A stretch of 64,000 bases of DNA from Gammaproteobacteria bacterium (GCA_018826895.1 JAHJYA010000108.1:1713-65712); one strand, 5' to 3'. Shown: positions 50,999-61,364, numbered from the stretch's first letter. Translations and numbers: made by a program. Notes: generated by a model not told the origin, from the letters alone.

Positions 50999-53149
50999 AT
51001 GAAGCTTAAGTCCATCCAGTTTTCCGTCGCGGCCCTGGCCGGTGTCAGTGTGCTGGCAGTCGTCGCGGCGCTGGTGCTGTACGCGATGTTTGCCAGCGGG
51101 CGAAACGAGGCATTGGTGCAAGCGCGCACCCAGGCATTGCTGGAGCAGGTTATCCAGCAGCGCCTGGTCAGCCTGGTGCAAACTCAGGTGCTGCAGATCC
51201 AGCGTGAGCTGGACATGCCTCTGCGGGTAACGGCCGACCTGGCGCATGCCAACGAGCTGTTGGGTTTGCAGGATGCCAACGGCAGCCCGCAGCTCAATGC
51301 CAGCCGCGAAGAGCTGTCCAATCTGGTGCGCCAAACCACCGAGCGCAACCCCAAGCTCCTCGGCAGCTACATCGGCTGGGAGCCGAACGCCTTCGATGGC
51401 AACGACGACCTCTACGCCGGCCCCAAGGAAAATGGCTACGACGGTACCGGCCGCTTTATCCCCTGGTGGTTTCGCAACAGCGACGGCAGCCTGGGTATCG
51501 ACTCCCTCGGCACGCTGGAGAGTGAAACGCTCCTGCCCACCGGCGTGCGCGAAGGCGAGTACTACTTATGCCCGAAAGAGCGCAAGCGCGCCTGCGTGAT
51601 AGACCCGGCGCCCTACGATGTGGGCGGCAAGACCATCATGCTTGCCTCTTTCACCACCCCCATCCTGGTCAACGGGGAGTTCCGCGGGATTGCCGGCGCG
51701 GATCTGGCGGTGAACTTCATTCAAGAGCTACTGCTCAACGCCGACCGTCAACTCTACGACGGCGCTGGCGAACTGGCTCTGATAGCCTCCAATGGCAGTA
51801 TCGTCGCGTCGACCAAAGCTCCGGACAAACTCGGCTCCCCCGCCACTGCCCTGCTCGATGCCAACGAAGTGGCCAACCTGACAAACCTGCAGAGTGGCGA
51901 AGTGCAGTACGACATCGACGAGCAACCCGACCCCAGCCTGAACCACATCGAACTGTTCGCCAGCTTCACTATCGGTGAGACCGACCATCGCTGGGTGCTG
52001 ATGCTGGTCCTGCCACTCAATACGGTCATGGCCGACCTGCACACCATGCAAAGCGACCTCACAGCGCAGGCCCGCGCCAATACCTTCGGCATGACGATGG
52101 TCGGCCTGCTGGTGGCTGCCATAGGGCTGCTGGGCGTCTGGCTGGTGGGCCATGGAATTGCCCGTCCGCTCAAGCAGATGGTTGCCATGCTCAAGGACAT
52201 CGCCCAGGGCGAGGGTGACCTGACACGTCGCCTGACGTCCGATCGAGCCGATGAGCTCGGCGCGATCGCCAGCGGCTTCAACACCTTCCTCGGCAAGCTA
52301 CAGGCGATGATCACCCAGGTGGTCAGTTCGGTGCAGAAGGTCAGCGACTCATCCGAGCACACGGCCGATATCGCCATTCGCACCAACCAGGGCGTGCAGA
52401 AACAGCTGGCCGAGATCGAACTGGTGGCCACCGCGGTGCACCAGATGACCGCCACCGCCCAGGATGTGGCACGCAACGCCACCCACGCCGCCGAAGCAGC
52501 CAACCACGCCGACCAGGCCGCGCAACAGGGCATGCAGATCGTGCAGAACACCCGCCATGCCATTACCGAACTGGCGAGTGAAATTGGCCGGGCAGTCGGC
52601 GTGGTGCAGACCCTGGCCAAGGACAGCGAGAACATCAACGCCATCCTGGTGGCCATCCGCAGTATTGCCGAGCAGACCAACCTGCTGGCGCTCAACGCCG
52701 CCATTGAGGCAGCCCGTGCGGGCGAACAGGGCCGCGGTTTCGCCGTAGTCGCCGATGAGGTGCGCAACCTGGCGCAAAAGACCCAGCAGGCGACCCAGGA
52801 AATCCAGAGCATGATCCAGAACCTGCAAAGCGGTACCCGCGATGTGGTCAAGGTCATGGAGGACAGCCAGGGCAAGACTGCGATCAGTGTGCAGCAGGCC
52901 AGCGATGCGGCTCAGGCCCTGGCGTCGATCACCCAGGCGGTTTCGGTGATCAACGACATGAACACACAGATCGCCAGCGCGGCAGAACAACAGAGCGCAG
53001 TGGCCGAGGACATCAACCGCAACGTCACCAACATCGGCCAGGTCGCCAACGAGGTGGCCAGCGGTGCCGATGAAGCGAGCCAGGCGAGTGCCGAGCTGAC
53101 CCGCCTGGCCGAGCAGCAACGACGCCTGATCAATCAGTTCAAGGTCTGA
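50999..53149 (+). CDS. Methyl-accepting chemotaxis protein with dCache domain (McpU/TlpQ-like, possibly polyamine sensing)
   Basis: TM-dCache-TM-HAMP-signalling domain ([34 protein letters not shown]); GRFIPWWFR and [15 protein letters not shown] resemble McpU as remembered; ligand is inference. Confidence 0.93.
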   Translation: MKLKSIQFSVAALAGVSVLAVVAALVLYAMFASGRNEALVQARTQALLEQVIQQRLVSLVQTQVLQIQRELDMPLRVTADLAHANELLGLQDANGSPQLNASREELSNLVRQTTERNPKLLGSYIGWEPNAFDGNDDLYAGPKENGYDGTGRFIPWWFRNSDGSLGIDSLGTLESETLLPTGVREGEYYLCPKERKRACVIDPAPYDVGGKTIMLASFTTPILVNGEFRGIAGADLAVNFIQELLLNADRQLYDGAGELALIASNGSIVASTKAPDKLGSPATALLDANEVANLTNLQSGEVQYDIDEQPDPSLNHIELFASFTIGETDHRWVLMLVLPLNTVMADLHTMQSDLTAQARANTFGMTMVGLLVAAIGLLGVWLVGHGIARPLKQMVAMLKDIAQGEGDLTRRLTSDRADELGAIASGFNTFLGKLQAMITQVVSSVQKVSDSSEHTADIAIRTNQGVQKQLAEIELVATAVHQMTATAQDVARNATHAAEAANHADQAAQQGMQIVQNTRHAITELASEIGRAVGVVQTLAKDSENINAILVAIRSIAEQTNLLALNAAIEAARAGEQGRGFAVVADEVRNLAQKTQQATQEIQSMIQNLQSGTRDVVKVMEDSQGKTAISVQQASDAAQALASITQAVSVINDMNTQIASAAEQQSAVAEDINRNVTNIGQVANEVASGADEASQASAELTRLAEQQRRLINQFKV

Positions 53150-53167
53150 GCCGCGCGCGCCCGGCTA

Positions 53168-53785
53168 TCAGCCGGGCGTCAGGCACTCTGGCGCATCCAA
53201 GGCCGGGTCATTGACCAGATTGGCCAGTACCCGCTCGCGCAGTGCTGGTTGCTGGCTGGCCAGCAGTGCGTGCAGCACCTCGGCCGGGGTATCGGGATCG
53301 AGCCAGGCGGCCTGCCCTGCCTCGTCCAGAATCAATGGCCGGCGCTGGTTGGCCGCCGCCACGGTGATCACCGCCGCGCTCAGGTATACCGTGCCCGGCA
53401 CCGGGTAGGCCTCCCATAACGCAGCAAAATAAAGCGGGCTGGCATCTGCGGTCAGCCAATAAGGCCGTTTGCGCACCGCACCGCGCCACTCATAGAAGCC
53501 GTTGGCCGGTAACAGGCCGCGCCGCAAACGCAGGGCATCGCGAAACATCGGCTGTTCGGCCAGGGTTTCGGCCCGCGCATGGGCGGGTGTTTTCGACAGA
53601 TCCTTGAGCCAGGCCGGGGTCAGCCCCCAGCGTACGCGTGCCAGCTCGTTACGCCCCTCGACCTGACGTAGCAGCAGCACCTGAGCATGGGGCGACAGGC
53701 TCCAGTGCGGCTGTTGATCAGCGGGAAATCCTGGCAACGCAGCAAAGGCCGGCGTCCAACGAAACAGGGCGTAGCGTCCACACAT
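53168..53785 (-). CDS. SRAP/YedK family (SOS response-associated peptidase) protein
   Basis: N-terminal MCGRY, RWGL, ARAET, GFYEW, VN. Confidence 0.9.
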   Translation of the reverse strand: MCGRYALFRWTPAFAALPGFPADQQPHWSLSPHAQVLLLRQVEGRNELARVRWGLTPAWLKDLSKTPAHARAETLAEQPMFRDALRLRRGLLPANGFYEWRGAVRKRPYWLTADASPLYFAALWEAYPVPGTVYLSAAVITVAAANQRRPLILDEAGQAAWLDPDTPAEVLHALLASQQPALRERVLANLVNDPALDAPECLTPG

Positions 53786-53812
53786 GGGGCAAGCTCAACA
53801 GGCAAAGGCAAC

Positions 53813-54073
53813 TCAGCAGAGCAGTACGCCCTGCACTTCGTCGGGCTCGTCACCCGGCAATGGCTGGGCGGCATTGTACGCATCGATCAACTGCCGTGCC
53901 CGCCCCACGTCGGCATCGGCGACCATCAAGGCGAGCAACCCACAGGCCGGCAGCTCGCCCATGGCCCCCACCAGATGGCGTCCAGTCAGGTGCGCATTGA
54001 TGCCCTCACTGGCGAGCATGCCTTGCAGCAACTCCCCCTCCATCACGTCTTGGGGCTCGTAAATCCGCTGCAT
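53813..54073 (-). CDS. DUF2007 family putative signalling protein
   Basis: MQRIYEP...EGELLQGMLASEGI; TGATG overlap with upstream gene. Confidence 0.8.
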   Translation of the reverse strand: MQRIYEPQDVMEGELLQGMLASEGINAHLTGRHLVGAMGELPACGLLALMVADADVGRARQLIDAYNAAQPLPGDEPDEVQGVLLC

Positions 54074-54255
54074 CAGTCGTTCTCTCCGCGCACATCCAGC
54101 GACCAGTCTTCGCCGTCGGTCTGCAAGTCGAAGACAATCGGACGGCAACACACCGGGCAGTCTTCGATGTATTGCTGGTCGCCTGCCGACAGATCGAGCA
54201 CTGCCTCGACCGGCTCGCCGCAGTACGGGCAGTCATAACCATGGGTTTCCAGCAT
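54073..54255 (-). CDS. CPXCG-motif cysteine-rich protein
   Basis: CPYCGE...YIEDCPVCCRP; GGAGG RBS before ATG 54255. Confidence 0.88.
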   Translation of the reverse strand: MLETHGYDCPYCGEPVEAVLDLSAGDQQYIEDCPVCCRPIVFDLQTDGEDWSLDVRGEND

Positions 54256-54305
54256 CGCGGCCTCCGTGTGACTTGTAGGTATAATTGCTGGTCTACTGCT
54301 GGCCC

Positions 54306-54335
54306 CTAACAGGCCGTTGAAAAACCACCTGTTAA
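54306..54335 (+). repeat. 30-bp palindromic mini-repeat, copy 2
   Basis: CTAACAGGCCGTTGAAAAACCACCTGTTAA with arms TAACAGG/CCTGTTA. Confidence 0.7.
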
Positions 54336-54383
54336 CCGGGACACCCCAACCTTCTGTCAACCGCAGCGAAAGAACAAGAGAGC

Positions 54384-55550
54384 ATGATGGGCGCATTTGA
54401 TGCCATCCGACCCTACGACGACGCCGAGGTGCCTGCGGTATTGGCGCGCCTACTGGCCGACCCTGCGTTTCTCGACACCCTGACCCATTTTCGCTTCCCA
54501 CGCCTGGCCGGCGCACTGGGCTGGCTGCTCAAGCCACTGATCGCCTATCGCCTGCGCCGCGAATTCGCCGACGTACACACCGTTGCGCTACTGCAGGACA
54601 AACTTGAAAACTACGTAGATCACAGTATCGAGCAAGCCACCGACGGCGTGACGTACGCCGGCCTCGAGCACCTGCAGCATGGCAGTGCCCACCTGTTTCT
54701 GGCCAACCACCGTGACATCGTCATGGACCCGGCCTTCGTCAACTACGCGGTCTATCACGCCGGGTTACCCACCCCCCGCGTAGCCATTGGCGATAACCTG
54801 CTGCAGAAGCCCTTCGTCAGTGATTTGATGCGCCTGAACAAGAGCTTCATCGTGCACCGCTCGATCAGCGGACGCCGAGAAAAGCTGGCGGCCTACCAAC
54901 TGCTCTCTGCGTACATCAACCACTCGATTCGCGACGACGCACAATCGATCTGGATCGCCCAGGCCGAAGGCCGTGCCAAGGACGGCGACGACCGCACCGA
55001 CTCGGCCATCCTCAAGATGTTCCACATGAGCCGCAAGCAGGAGCCTTTCGCTGAGGTGATTCAGGCCCTGCGTCTGACACCGGTATCGATCAGCTACGAA
55101 TACGACCCGTGCGACCTGGCCAAGGCCCGCGAGCTGTATATCCGTGCCAGTACCGGGAGTTACACCAAGACCCCGGGAGAAGATGACCAGAGCATCGCCC
55201 TAGGCATTACCGGTTACAAGGGTCGCGTGCACGTGCAGTTTGGTACGCCTATCCAGCATGTGCCGGAAGACGCCCGCCAGTTGGCACTGGCGGTGGACCA
55301 GCAAATCCTGGGTAACTATCGCCTGTTCCCTGTGCATTACCTGGCCTACGCGGCGTGGTCCGAGCGTGACCCGGCACTACCAGTCCCCGAGGCCGAGCAA
55401 CTGTTTAGCGCCGAGGAACTGGCCAAGGCCAGAACACAGTGGCAACAACGTCTCGATGCCTGCCCAGCTGCCCATCAGCCCTACCTGATCGGCCAGTACG
55501 CCATGCCCGTGCGCAACCAGTACCGCGTCAAAGCCGGCGTGCCACTGTAA
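54384..55550 (+). CDS. Glycerolipid acyltransferase family protein
   Basis: ANHRDIVMD (HxxxxD), IGDNL, QAEGRAKDG. Confidence 0.88.
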   Translation: MMGAFDAIRPYDDAEVPAVLARLLADPAFLDTLTHFRFPRLAGALGWLLKPLIAYRLRREFADVHTVALLQDKLENYVDHSIEQATDGVTYAGLEHLQHGSAHLFLANHRDIVMDPAFVNYAVYHAGLPTPRVAIGDNLLQKPFVSDLMRLNKSFIVHRSISGRREKLAAYQLLSAYINHSIRDDAQSIWIAQAEGRAKDGDDRTDSAILKMFHMSRKQEPFAEVIQALRLTPVSISYEYDPCDLAKARELYIRASTGSYTKTPGEDDQSIALGITGYKGRVHVQFGTPIQHVPEDARQLALAVDQQILGNYRLFPVHYLAYAAWSERDPALPVPEAEQLFSAEELAKARTQWQQRLDACPAAHQPYLIGQYAMPVRNQYRVKAGVPL

Positions 55551-55622
55551 CCCTCCACAGACCATATCCAGGCAGCCGCGCGACTGCCTGGGTCGTCATC
55601 ATGAAGCGAGTTTTGCCAAAAA

Positions 55623-55910
55623 TCAGCTCTGCGTGCTCAGCCAGGACAGCAGCAGCGCGCCAGCCAGGCATATGCTGGCGAATTGGTAAAAGAATCGATT
55701 TATCCGCAACGTGGCGACATCGGCAGCCGCCACATCTGACCAGGACAGCTGAGGGTTTGCCAGGACAGGCACACGCTCGCGCAGACGTTGCTCGCGGATA
55801 CGCGTAGCTAGCAGTAACCAACTGCCTGACAGGGCAAAAAATAATGCCAGGCCATTCAACGAACGAGCAGGACTGGCCAATACGACGGTCCACAACAGCT
55901 GTAACGTCAT
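55623..55910 (-). CDS. Small membrane protein, hypothetical
   Basis: Two hydrophobic segments; GGAG RBS before GTG 55913/ATG 55910. Confidence 0.7.
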   Translation of the reverse strand: MTLQLLWTVVLASPARSLNGLALFFALSGSWLLLATRIREQRLRERVPVLANPQLSWSDVAAADVATLRINRFFYQFASICLAGALLLSWLSTQS

Positions 55911-56251
55911 CACAAGCTCCAGGTGCGAACAGGCGCGCACCAAAACGGTAAACGAGTGCCCACTTAGGGCCGCCGCGAATGCGCCAAAGGCTCTGGGTCG
56001 GGCCTCAGCACAGGCCGCCGCAACAGTCATTCACACCGACACGCCCCACATCTGGGCACAAGACTGTGGCGGCCGCGCCGCGAAAACGCGCGCAGTGTAC
56101 TGAAAGTGCTTTTTTAGACCTTCCCTTTCCGACGAGCGCAATGCGCTATCTCGAAAGTGTCTTAAAACCGCAACTGGTCTGGCGCAGGATTTGATTGAAC
56201 AAGCATGACTGCACGGTCAATACGTGCACACTGCTTTCTGGAGGAAATGCC

Positions 56252-56458
56252 ATGCTCAATCCGCAACCGCTGGACCAGGATTACCTGATCGACTCGCTCG
56301 ACGAAATCGACAGCCCCCTCGACGCGCTTTCGTTCAATGTGCAGGACCACCACTGGCTCGGCTATTGCGCCCTGGGTGGTCACGAGCATTACGACCTGCC
56401 CGATATCGACATGCACACCGGCTATGCCCTGCCGGAGTTTTTCGCTCAGGCGGCTTAG
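56252..56458 (+). CDS. Small acidic hypothetical protein (68 aa)
   Basis: GGAGG RBS, host-like codons, terminator directly downstream. Confidence 0.75.
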   Translation: MLNPQPLDQDYLIDSLDEIDSPLDALSFNVQDHHWLGYCALGGHEHYDLPDIDMHTGYALPEFFAQAA

Positions 56459-56471
56459 GATCTGTTGCCAC

Positions 56472-56513
56472 AAAAAAGGCTGGGCGGTCATGACGACCGT
56501 CCAGCCTTTTTTT
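56472..56513. terminator. Bidirectional intrinsic terminator
   Basis: AAAAAAGGCTGGGCGGTC-ATGAC-GACCGTCCAGCCTTTTTTT between convergent genes. Confidence 0.88.
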
Positions 56514-56566
56514 GTTCGTACTACAGCTACCCACCCGCGCTCATATTTACCAGGCGGGCAAGCGAC

Positions 56567-57157
56567 TCACTGGGCGAGCATCTGGCTGATGGTCGGATCC
56601 TTGAACGTGCGGGTCAACGCATCGCTGAGGACATCGCTGATCAGCTTGGTGTTGGCTTCCTGGTTTGGCGCCATACCAAAACGCTGGTTGAGCGACGCAC
56701 CATAACGGCCACTGTAGCGACGCGAGCTGTTCTGCACGTCGGCGCGGAAGGTAGCGGTGATGTCAGACTCGGTGACGTACAGACCTTCCTTCGGCGACTG
56801 ATACTTGAGTTCAGCCAGGGTGATGGTCAGTTGCGGCGCGTTGTAGGCATTCGGCGACGGTGTAAAACCCAGCAGGCGAACCGCAGCTTCTGCCTGAGCT
56901 TGCAGCTTGGGCAGGATGTCCTCGCCAGTTACGCTGATGGCGCTGGTTTCCGGGTAAAGGCCACCACGGGTGCCAAGCACCGGCGAAGGGCGACCATCAG
57001 CCACACGCACCACCACCGGCTGGCCCTGACCCACAGGTGTCAGAGTACCGATGAGGCGCGGTTGCGGGCTCAGTTGTTGCGGGCTGAGGGCACAACCGAC
57101 CAGAGTCAGGCTGGCCACAGCAAGAAGACCAAACATCAGGCGATGCAGCATGCTCAT
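56567..57157 (-). CDS. YajG family lipoprotein
   Basis: Lipobox LVGC, VRVADGR..LGTRGG; adjacent to the mqo locus. Confidence 0.8.
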   Translation of the reverse strand: MSMLHRLMFGLLAVASLTLVGCALSPQQLSPQPRLIGTLTPVGQGQPVVVRVADGRPSPVLGTRGGLYPETSAISVTGEDILPKLQAQAEAAVRLLGFTPSPNAYNAPQLTITLAELKYQSPKEGLYVTESDITATFRADVQNSSRRYSGRYGASLNQRFGMAPNQEANTKLISDVLSDALTRTFKDPTISQMLAQ

Positions 57158-57323
57158 TCTCCAAGGTGGGGGCGCAAAAAGTGGTCCGCAGTATACCCAG
57201 CGGCACCGGGACCTAACAGCGTCGCATACTAAGACTCAACAGCTACTGCGTGGGTTCCTGTCACACCGTTGTCACAGCCGCCAGGCATAAGACTTTAGTC
57301 GTTGCCCGAAGCGGATATTACTG

Positions 57324-57515
57324 ATGACTTTACTGCGCTCATTGTTCGGCTCTCGCCCTCGCCGGCGCACCTTCGCCTATGTCGACAGCACTGGCCGATG
57401 CCAGGCTTTTCAGTGCTCAGCCCAGGCGCCACTAGGCCTTGGCTGGACCGAGGTTCGTGAACAGCAACTCGCCTGGCTCAATCGTCCGCTGCCTACTCAA
57501 GCAAAAATCTTCTGA
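57324..57515 (+). CDS. Small hypothetical protein (63 aa)
   Basis: Fills the gap between the lipoprotein gene and the mqo leader; weak GGA RBS. Confidence 0.55.
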   Translation: MTLLRSLFGSRPRRRTFAYVDSTGRCQAFQCSAQAPLGLGWTEVREQQLAWLNRPLPTQAKIF

Positions 57516-57607
57516 TATAGCGCCGTAGCTGATCCGTTGAGCAGCGTTGGCGGTCTGACCGCAGGCAGAAGAAAAGTCACTTCGCGCAATCAATTTGCCC
57601 ACTTTGG

Positions 57608-57634
57608 CCTTATAATCGCGCCCCGATTATAAGG
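57608..57634. promoter_or_regulatory. Perfect 11-bp inverted repeat with TATAAT on both strands; candidate mqo promoter/operator
   Basis: CCTTATAATCG-CGCCC-CGATTATAAGG. Confidence 0.6.
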
Positions 57635-58010
57635 TCGTCTCCTGATCGGGCCTCGTCGTACCGCAGATGCCTCGGCATCCGCTCCCGCCCCAGAGAGTCG
57701 CCCACCTCGTGTTGCCCACTCCGGCAGCCGCTTGAGCCCGCCTTCCTCCTGAGCGTCCATGCACGCAAGGGTCATGTGCGGGCCATAAGCCGCCTGGCGC
57801 ACGAACTTTTTGAGGTTCACGGCTCCAAAAGAGCGTGAAAAAACGGGTTTAACAACTTCACAAGAGTGTGGCGAAAACATGAACGATCAGGTGGCTGGCA
57901 AACGCGGCATCCACTCCTCTCAACCCAGACAACACGGCGACAGCTGACCGCGCCGACTTCGCGTGGTCTTCGATCCTCGACGGTTACTGCTTTTTTCTGG
58001 AGACGTGGGA

Positions 58011-59513
58011 ATGGCGCATAACGATTACCAAACTGTAGATGCGGTGCTGGTCGGTGCCGGCATCATGAGCGCGACCCTGGCTGTACTGCTCAAGGAAATC
58101 GACCCGAGCATCCAGCTCGAGGTGCTTGAGCAGATGGAAGCTGGCGCGGTAGAGAGTTCCAACCCCTGGAACAACGCAGGCACCGGCCATGCCGGCCTCT
58201 GCGAACTGAACTACACGCCCGAAGCGGCGGACGGTTCGATCGATATCAAGAAATCGGTGACCATCAACACCCAGTTCGAAGAGTCCAAGCAGTTCTGGGC
58301 TTATCTGGTGGAAAAAGGCACCTTCGGCTCGCCGAAAGCCTTTATCAACCCGATCCCGCACCTGAGCTTCGTGCGCGGGCAAAAAGGCATCGACTACCTG
58401 AAGAAGCGTTTCGCGGCGCTGAGCGTGCACCACGCCTTCAGCGACATGGAATACACCGAAGACCGCGCCACCATGGCCGAGTGGATGCCCCTGATGATGC
58501 CAGGGCGCGACCCGAACGAACCGATCGCGGCGACCCGCGTGATGGCAGGCACCGACGTCAACTTCGGCAACCTGACCACGCGCATGCTTGAGCACCTCAG
58601 CCAACTGCCTGACGCGACCGTTCGCTGCCAGCAAAAGGTCACCGGACTGCAACGCAACGCCGACGGCTGGCGCGTCAGCGTGAGCGACCTGCAGACAGGC
58701 GCCAAACGGGAAATCCAGACCAAGTTCGTCTTCCTCGGCGCCGGCGGCGCAGCGCTGTCGCTGCTGCAGCAATCCGGCATTCCGGAAGGCAAAGGCTTCG
58801 GCGGCTTCCCGGTCAGCGGCCAGTGGCTGCGCTGCGACAACCCCGAAGTGGTCAAGCAGCACCAGTCCAAGGTTTACAGCCAGGCGGCTGTCGGCTCGCC
58901 GCCGATGTCGGTGCCGCACCTGGACACCCGCGTGGTAGACGGCAAGACCTCGCTGTTGTTCGGCCCCTATGCCGGCTTCACCACCAAGTTCCTCAAGCGC
59001 GGCTCCTACCTCGATCTGCCGATGTCGATTCGCCTGAATAACATCGGGCCGATGCTCGCCGTGGCGCGGGACAACTTCGACCTGACCCGCTACCTGGTCA
59101 AGGAAGTGCTGCAGTCCGACGAGAAACGCCTGGAGACCTTGCGCGGTTTCTACCCGCAAGCCAAAGCCGAGGACTGGCGCCTGGAGATCGCCGGCCAGCG
59201 CGTGCAGATCATCAAGAAGGACCCGAAAAAAGGCGGCATCCTGCAATTCGGTACCGAGCTGGTGGCCTCTCAGGACGGTACTCTGGCCGCCCTGCTCGGC
59301 GCCTCCCCTGGCGCCTCGGTCACGGTGTCGATCATGCTAGACCTGCTGCAACGCTGCTTCCCCGAGCAACTGCGCAGCGAACAGTGGCAAGCTAAGCTGG
59401 CCGAGATATTCCCGGCAATGGGCGCGGTGCTAGCCGCCGATGCCGAACGCTACCGGGAAGTCCAGGCGCGCTCCAACGCCCTGCTGCAGCTCGACGAACC
59501 TGCCGTGGGCTGA
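58011..59513 (+). CDS. mqo: Malate:quinone oxidoreductase
   Basis: [41 protein letters not shown]; start ATG 58011 with GGAG RBS. Confidence 0.97.
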   Translation: MAHNDYQTVDAVLVGAGIMSATLAVLLKEIDPSIQLEVLEQMEAGAVESSNPWNNAGTGHAGLCELNYTPEAADGSIDIKKSVTINTQFEESKQFWAYLVEKGTFGSPKAFINPIPHLSFVRGQKGIDYLKKRFAALSVHHAFSDMEYTEDRATMAEWMPLMMPGRDPNEPIAATRVMAGTDVNFGNLTTRMLEHLSQLPDATVRCQQKVTGLQRNADGWRVSVSDLQTGAKREIQTKFVFLGAGGAALSLLQQSGIPEGKGFGGFPVSGQWLRCDNPEVVKQHQSKVYSQAAVGSPPMSVPHLDTRVVDGKTSLLFGPYAGFTTKFLKRGSYLDLPMSIRLNNIGPMLAVARDNFDLTRYLVKEVLQSDEKRLETLRGFYPQAKAEDWRLEIAGQRVQIIKKDPKKGGILQFGTELVASQDGTLAALLGASPGASVTVSIMLDLLQRCFPEQLRSEQWQAKLAEIFPAMGAVLAADAERYREVQARSNALLQLDEPAVG

Positions 59514-59529
59514 ATTGCTCTGGCCGAAT

Positions 59530-59556
59530 GAAAAACCGCCCTCGGGCGGTTTTTTC
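59530..59556. terminator. Bidirectional intrinsic terminator after mqo
   Basis: GAAAAACCGCCC-TC-GGGCGGTTTTTTC. Confidence 0.88.
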
Positions 59557-59605
59557 GTTTCAGGTATCGGCGGGGCGAATCGGATCGTCCAGCCAGCCGA
59601 GATGC

Positions 59606-60478
59606 TCAGGCGTTGAACCCGGCATCTACGGTAACAACCGACCCGGTCATGAACCCGGCAGCTGGACTTGCCAGGAAAGTCACCGCTGCCGCTACGTCGG
59701 CCGGCGTGCCATAGCGTCCCAGGGACGTCAGACTCCGGTTGATATCGGCCCAGGCTCCGTCCGCCGGGTTCTGGTCGGTATCGATCGGCCCCGGCTGAAC
59801 CAGGTTGACGGTAATGTCCTGCGGCCCGAGCTCACGGGCGAGGCCCCGCGTGAAGGCAAGGAGCGCGGATTTGGTCATCGAATAAACGGTCAGCCCCGGG
59901 AACGGGACACGCTCGGCAACACAGGAGCCGACGGTGACGATGCGCCCACCTTTCTTGAGGTGCGGTATAGCGGCCTGAGAGGCCAGCACCGCAGCACGCG
60001 CGTTCACGTTGAAAAGCGCGTCAATGTCGGTGAGGCTCATCTCAGCGAACGTTCCATCGCGGGAGATGCCGACGTTGTTGACCAGGATATCGAGGCCACC
60101 AAGACGCTTGACCGTCTCTTCAATCGAACGCTTGACCGCTGCCGGATCGGCGCTGTCAGCGCGAAGGGCCAGGGCACGCCGGCCTTTTGCCTCGATCGCC
60201 TGAACCACCTCGGCCGCCTTTTCGGGCGAATTCAGGTAGGTAATGACCACATCGGCGCCCTTGTCCGCAAGCGCCAAGGCAATGCCCGCGCCGATACCCC
60301 TTGAGGCGCCGGTCACCAGCGCGCGCTTACCCGCCAGTTCCTGAGCTGGCCTCACCTCGGCGGGTTGACCTGCCTGGCTTGCTGCAGCAGTCGAAGATAC
60401 TGCGATAGCGGCTACGCTGGCAGCCGCGCCGATCAGGGCCTTGCGCCGGCTGATGCCGTACTTGTCCTTCTGTTGCAT
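59606..60478 (-). CDS. SDR oxidoreductase (BdcA-like) with predicted Tat signal peptide
   Basis: SRRKALIG plus Ala-rich h-region; TGASRGIG, NNVG, YSMTK; GGAGA RBS favours ATG 60478. Confidence 0.9.
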   Translation of the reverse strand: MQQKDKYGISRRKALIGAAASVAAIAVSSTAAASQAGQPAEVRPAQELAGKRALVTGASRGIGAGIALALADKGADVVITYLNSPEKAAEVVQAIEAKGRRALALRADSADPAAVKRSIEETVKRLGGLDILVNNVGISRDGTFAEMSLTDIDALFNVNARAAVLASQAAIPHLKKGGRIVTVGSCVAERVPFPGLTVYSMTKSALLAFTRGLARELGPQDITVNLVQPGPIDTDQNPADGAWADINRSLTSLGRYGTPADVAAAVTFLASPAAGFMTGSVVTVDAGFNA

Positions 60479-60613
60479 GGTGTTCTCCACATGTTGAGAT
60501 AGGGCCACTGTGGACATCGCGTGGCTTGTTACTGGAGTTCTGGCGCTGTGCTGGACGACCTCCCCTGTCGCCGACGCCCGGAGACTTACAGGTCGGGAGG
60601 CAGCCCCCCTGAT

Positions 60614-61354
60614 TCAGGTGTTCGCGCCACCATCTACATTGAGGATGGCACCGGTGATCTGCCGCGCGGCCGGACTGGCGAGGAAGGCCACAGCAGCCGC
60701 CACGTCCTCGGGTTCACCGTAACGCCCCAGGGGCATCAAGGCGCGCTGGAAATCGGCAGAGGCGCCGCTCGCCGGGTTCATGTCGGTATTGGTTGACCCT
60801 GGCTGGACAAGGTTGACGGTGATGTCGCGCGGTCCGAGCTCGCGGGCAAGGCCCCGCGTGAACGAGTGCAGCGCGGATTTCGTCATGTAGTACACCGTGC
60901 CGGTGTCACCCACGATGCGCTCGGCGCCGACCGAACCGATGTTGATGACACGCGCACCCTCGTTCAGATAAGGGATGGCAGCCTGGGCAGTGAGTATTGG
61001 CCCGCGCACGTTCACATCCAGCAGCGCGTCGATGTGCTCGACACTGAACTCGGCGATCGTGTTGAAGAGCGCAATACCCGCGTTATTGACCAGGATATCG
61101 AGACCGCCCAAGGCCTGGGCCGCCTCATCGACCGATCGCTTTATCGCCGCCGGGTCGCCGCTGTCGGCCTGGATGGCGAGGGCTTTGCGGCCCTTGGCCT
61201 CTATCGCCTGGACAATCTGCGCAGCACGCTCAACAGAACGCTCGTAGGTGATCGCCACATCCGCACCCTTTTCGGCCAGAGCCAAGGCGATAGCGGCCCC
61301 GATCCCCCTCGACGCGCCGGTCACCAGGGCGCGCTTTCCACGTAACTCACTCAT
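60614..61354 (-). CDS. SDR oxidoreductase (BdcA-like), cytoplasmic paralog
   Basis: TGASRGIG, NNAG, YYMTK, VQPG; GAGG RBS. Confidence 0.93.
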   Translation of the reverse strand: MSELRGKRALVTGASRGIGAAIALALAEKGADVAITYERSVERAAQIVQAIEAKGRKALAIQADSGDPAAIKRSVDEAAQALGGLDILVNNAGIALFNTIAEFSVEHIDALLDVNVRGPILTAQAAIPYLNEGARVINIGSVGAERIVGDTGTVYYMTKSALHSFTRGLARELGPRDITVNLVQPGSTNTDMNPASGASADFQRALMPLGRYGEPEDVAAAVAFLASPAARQITGAILNVDGGANT

Positions 61355-61364
61355 GACAGCCTCT

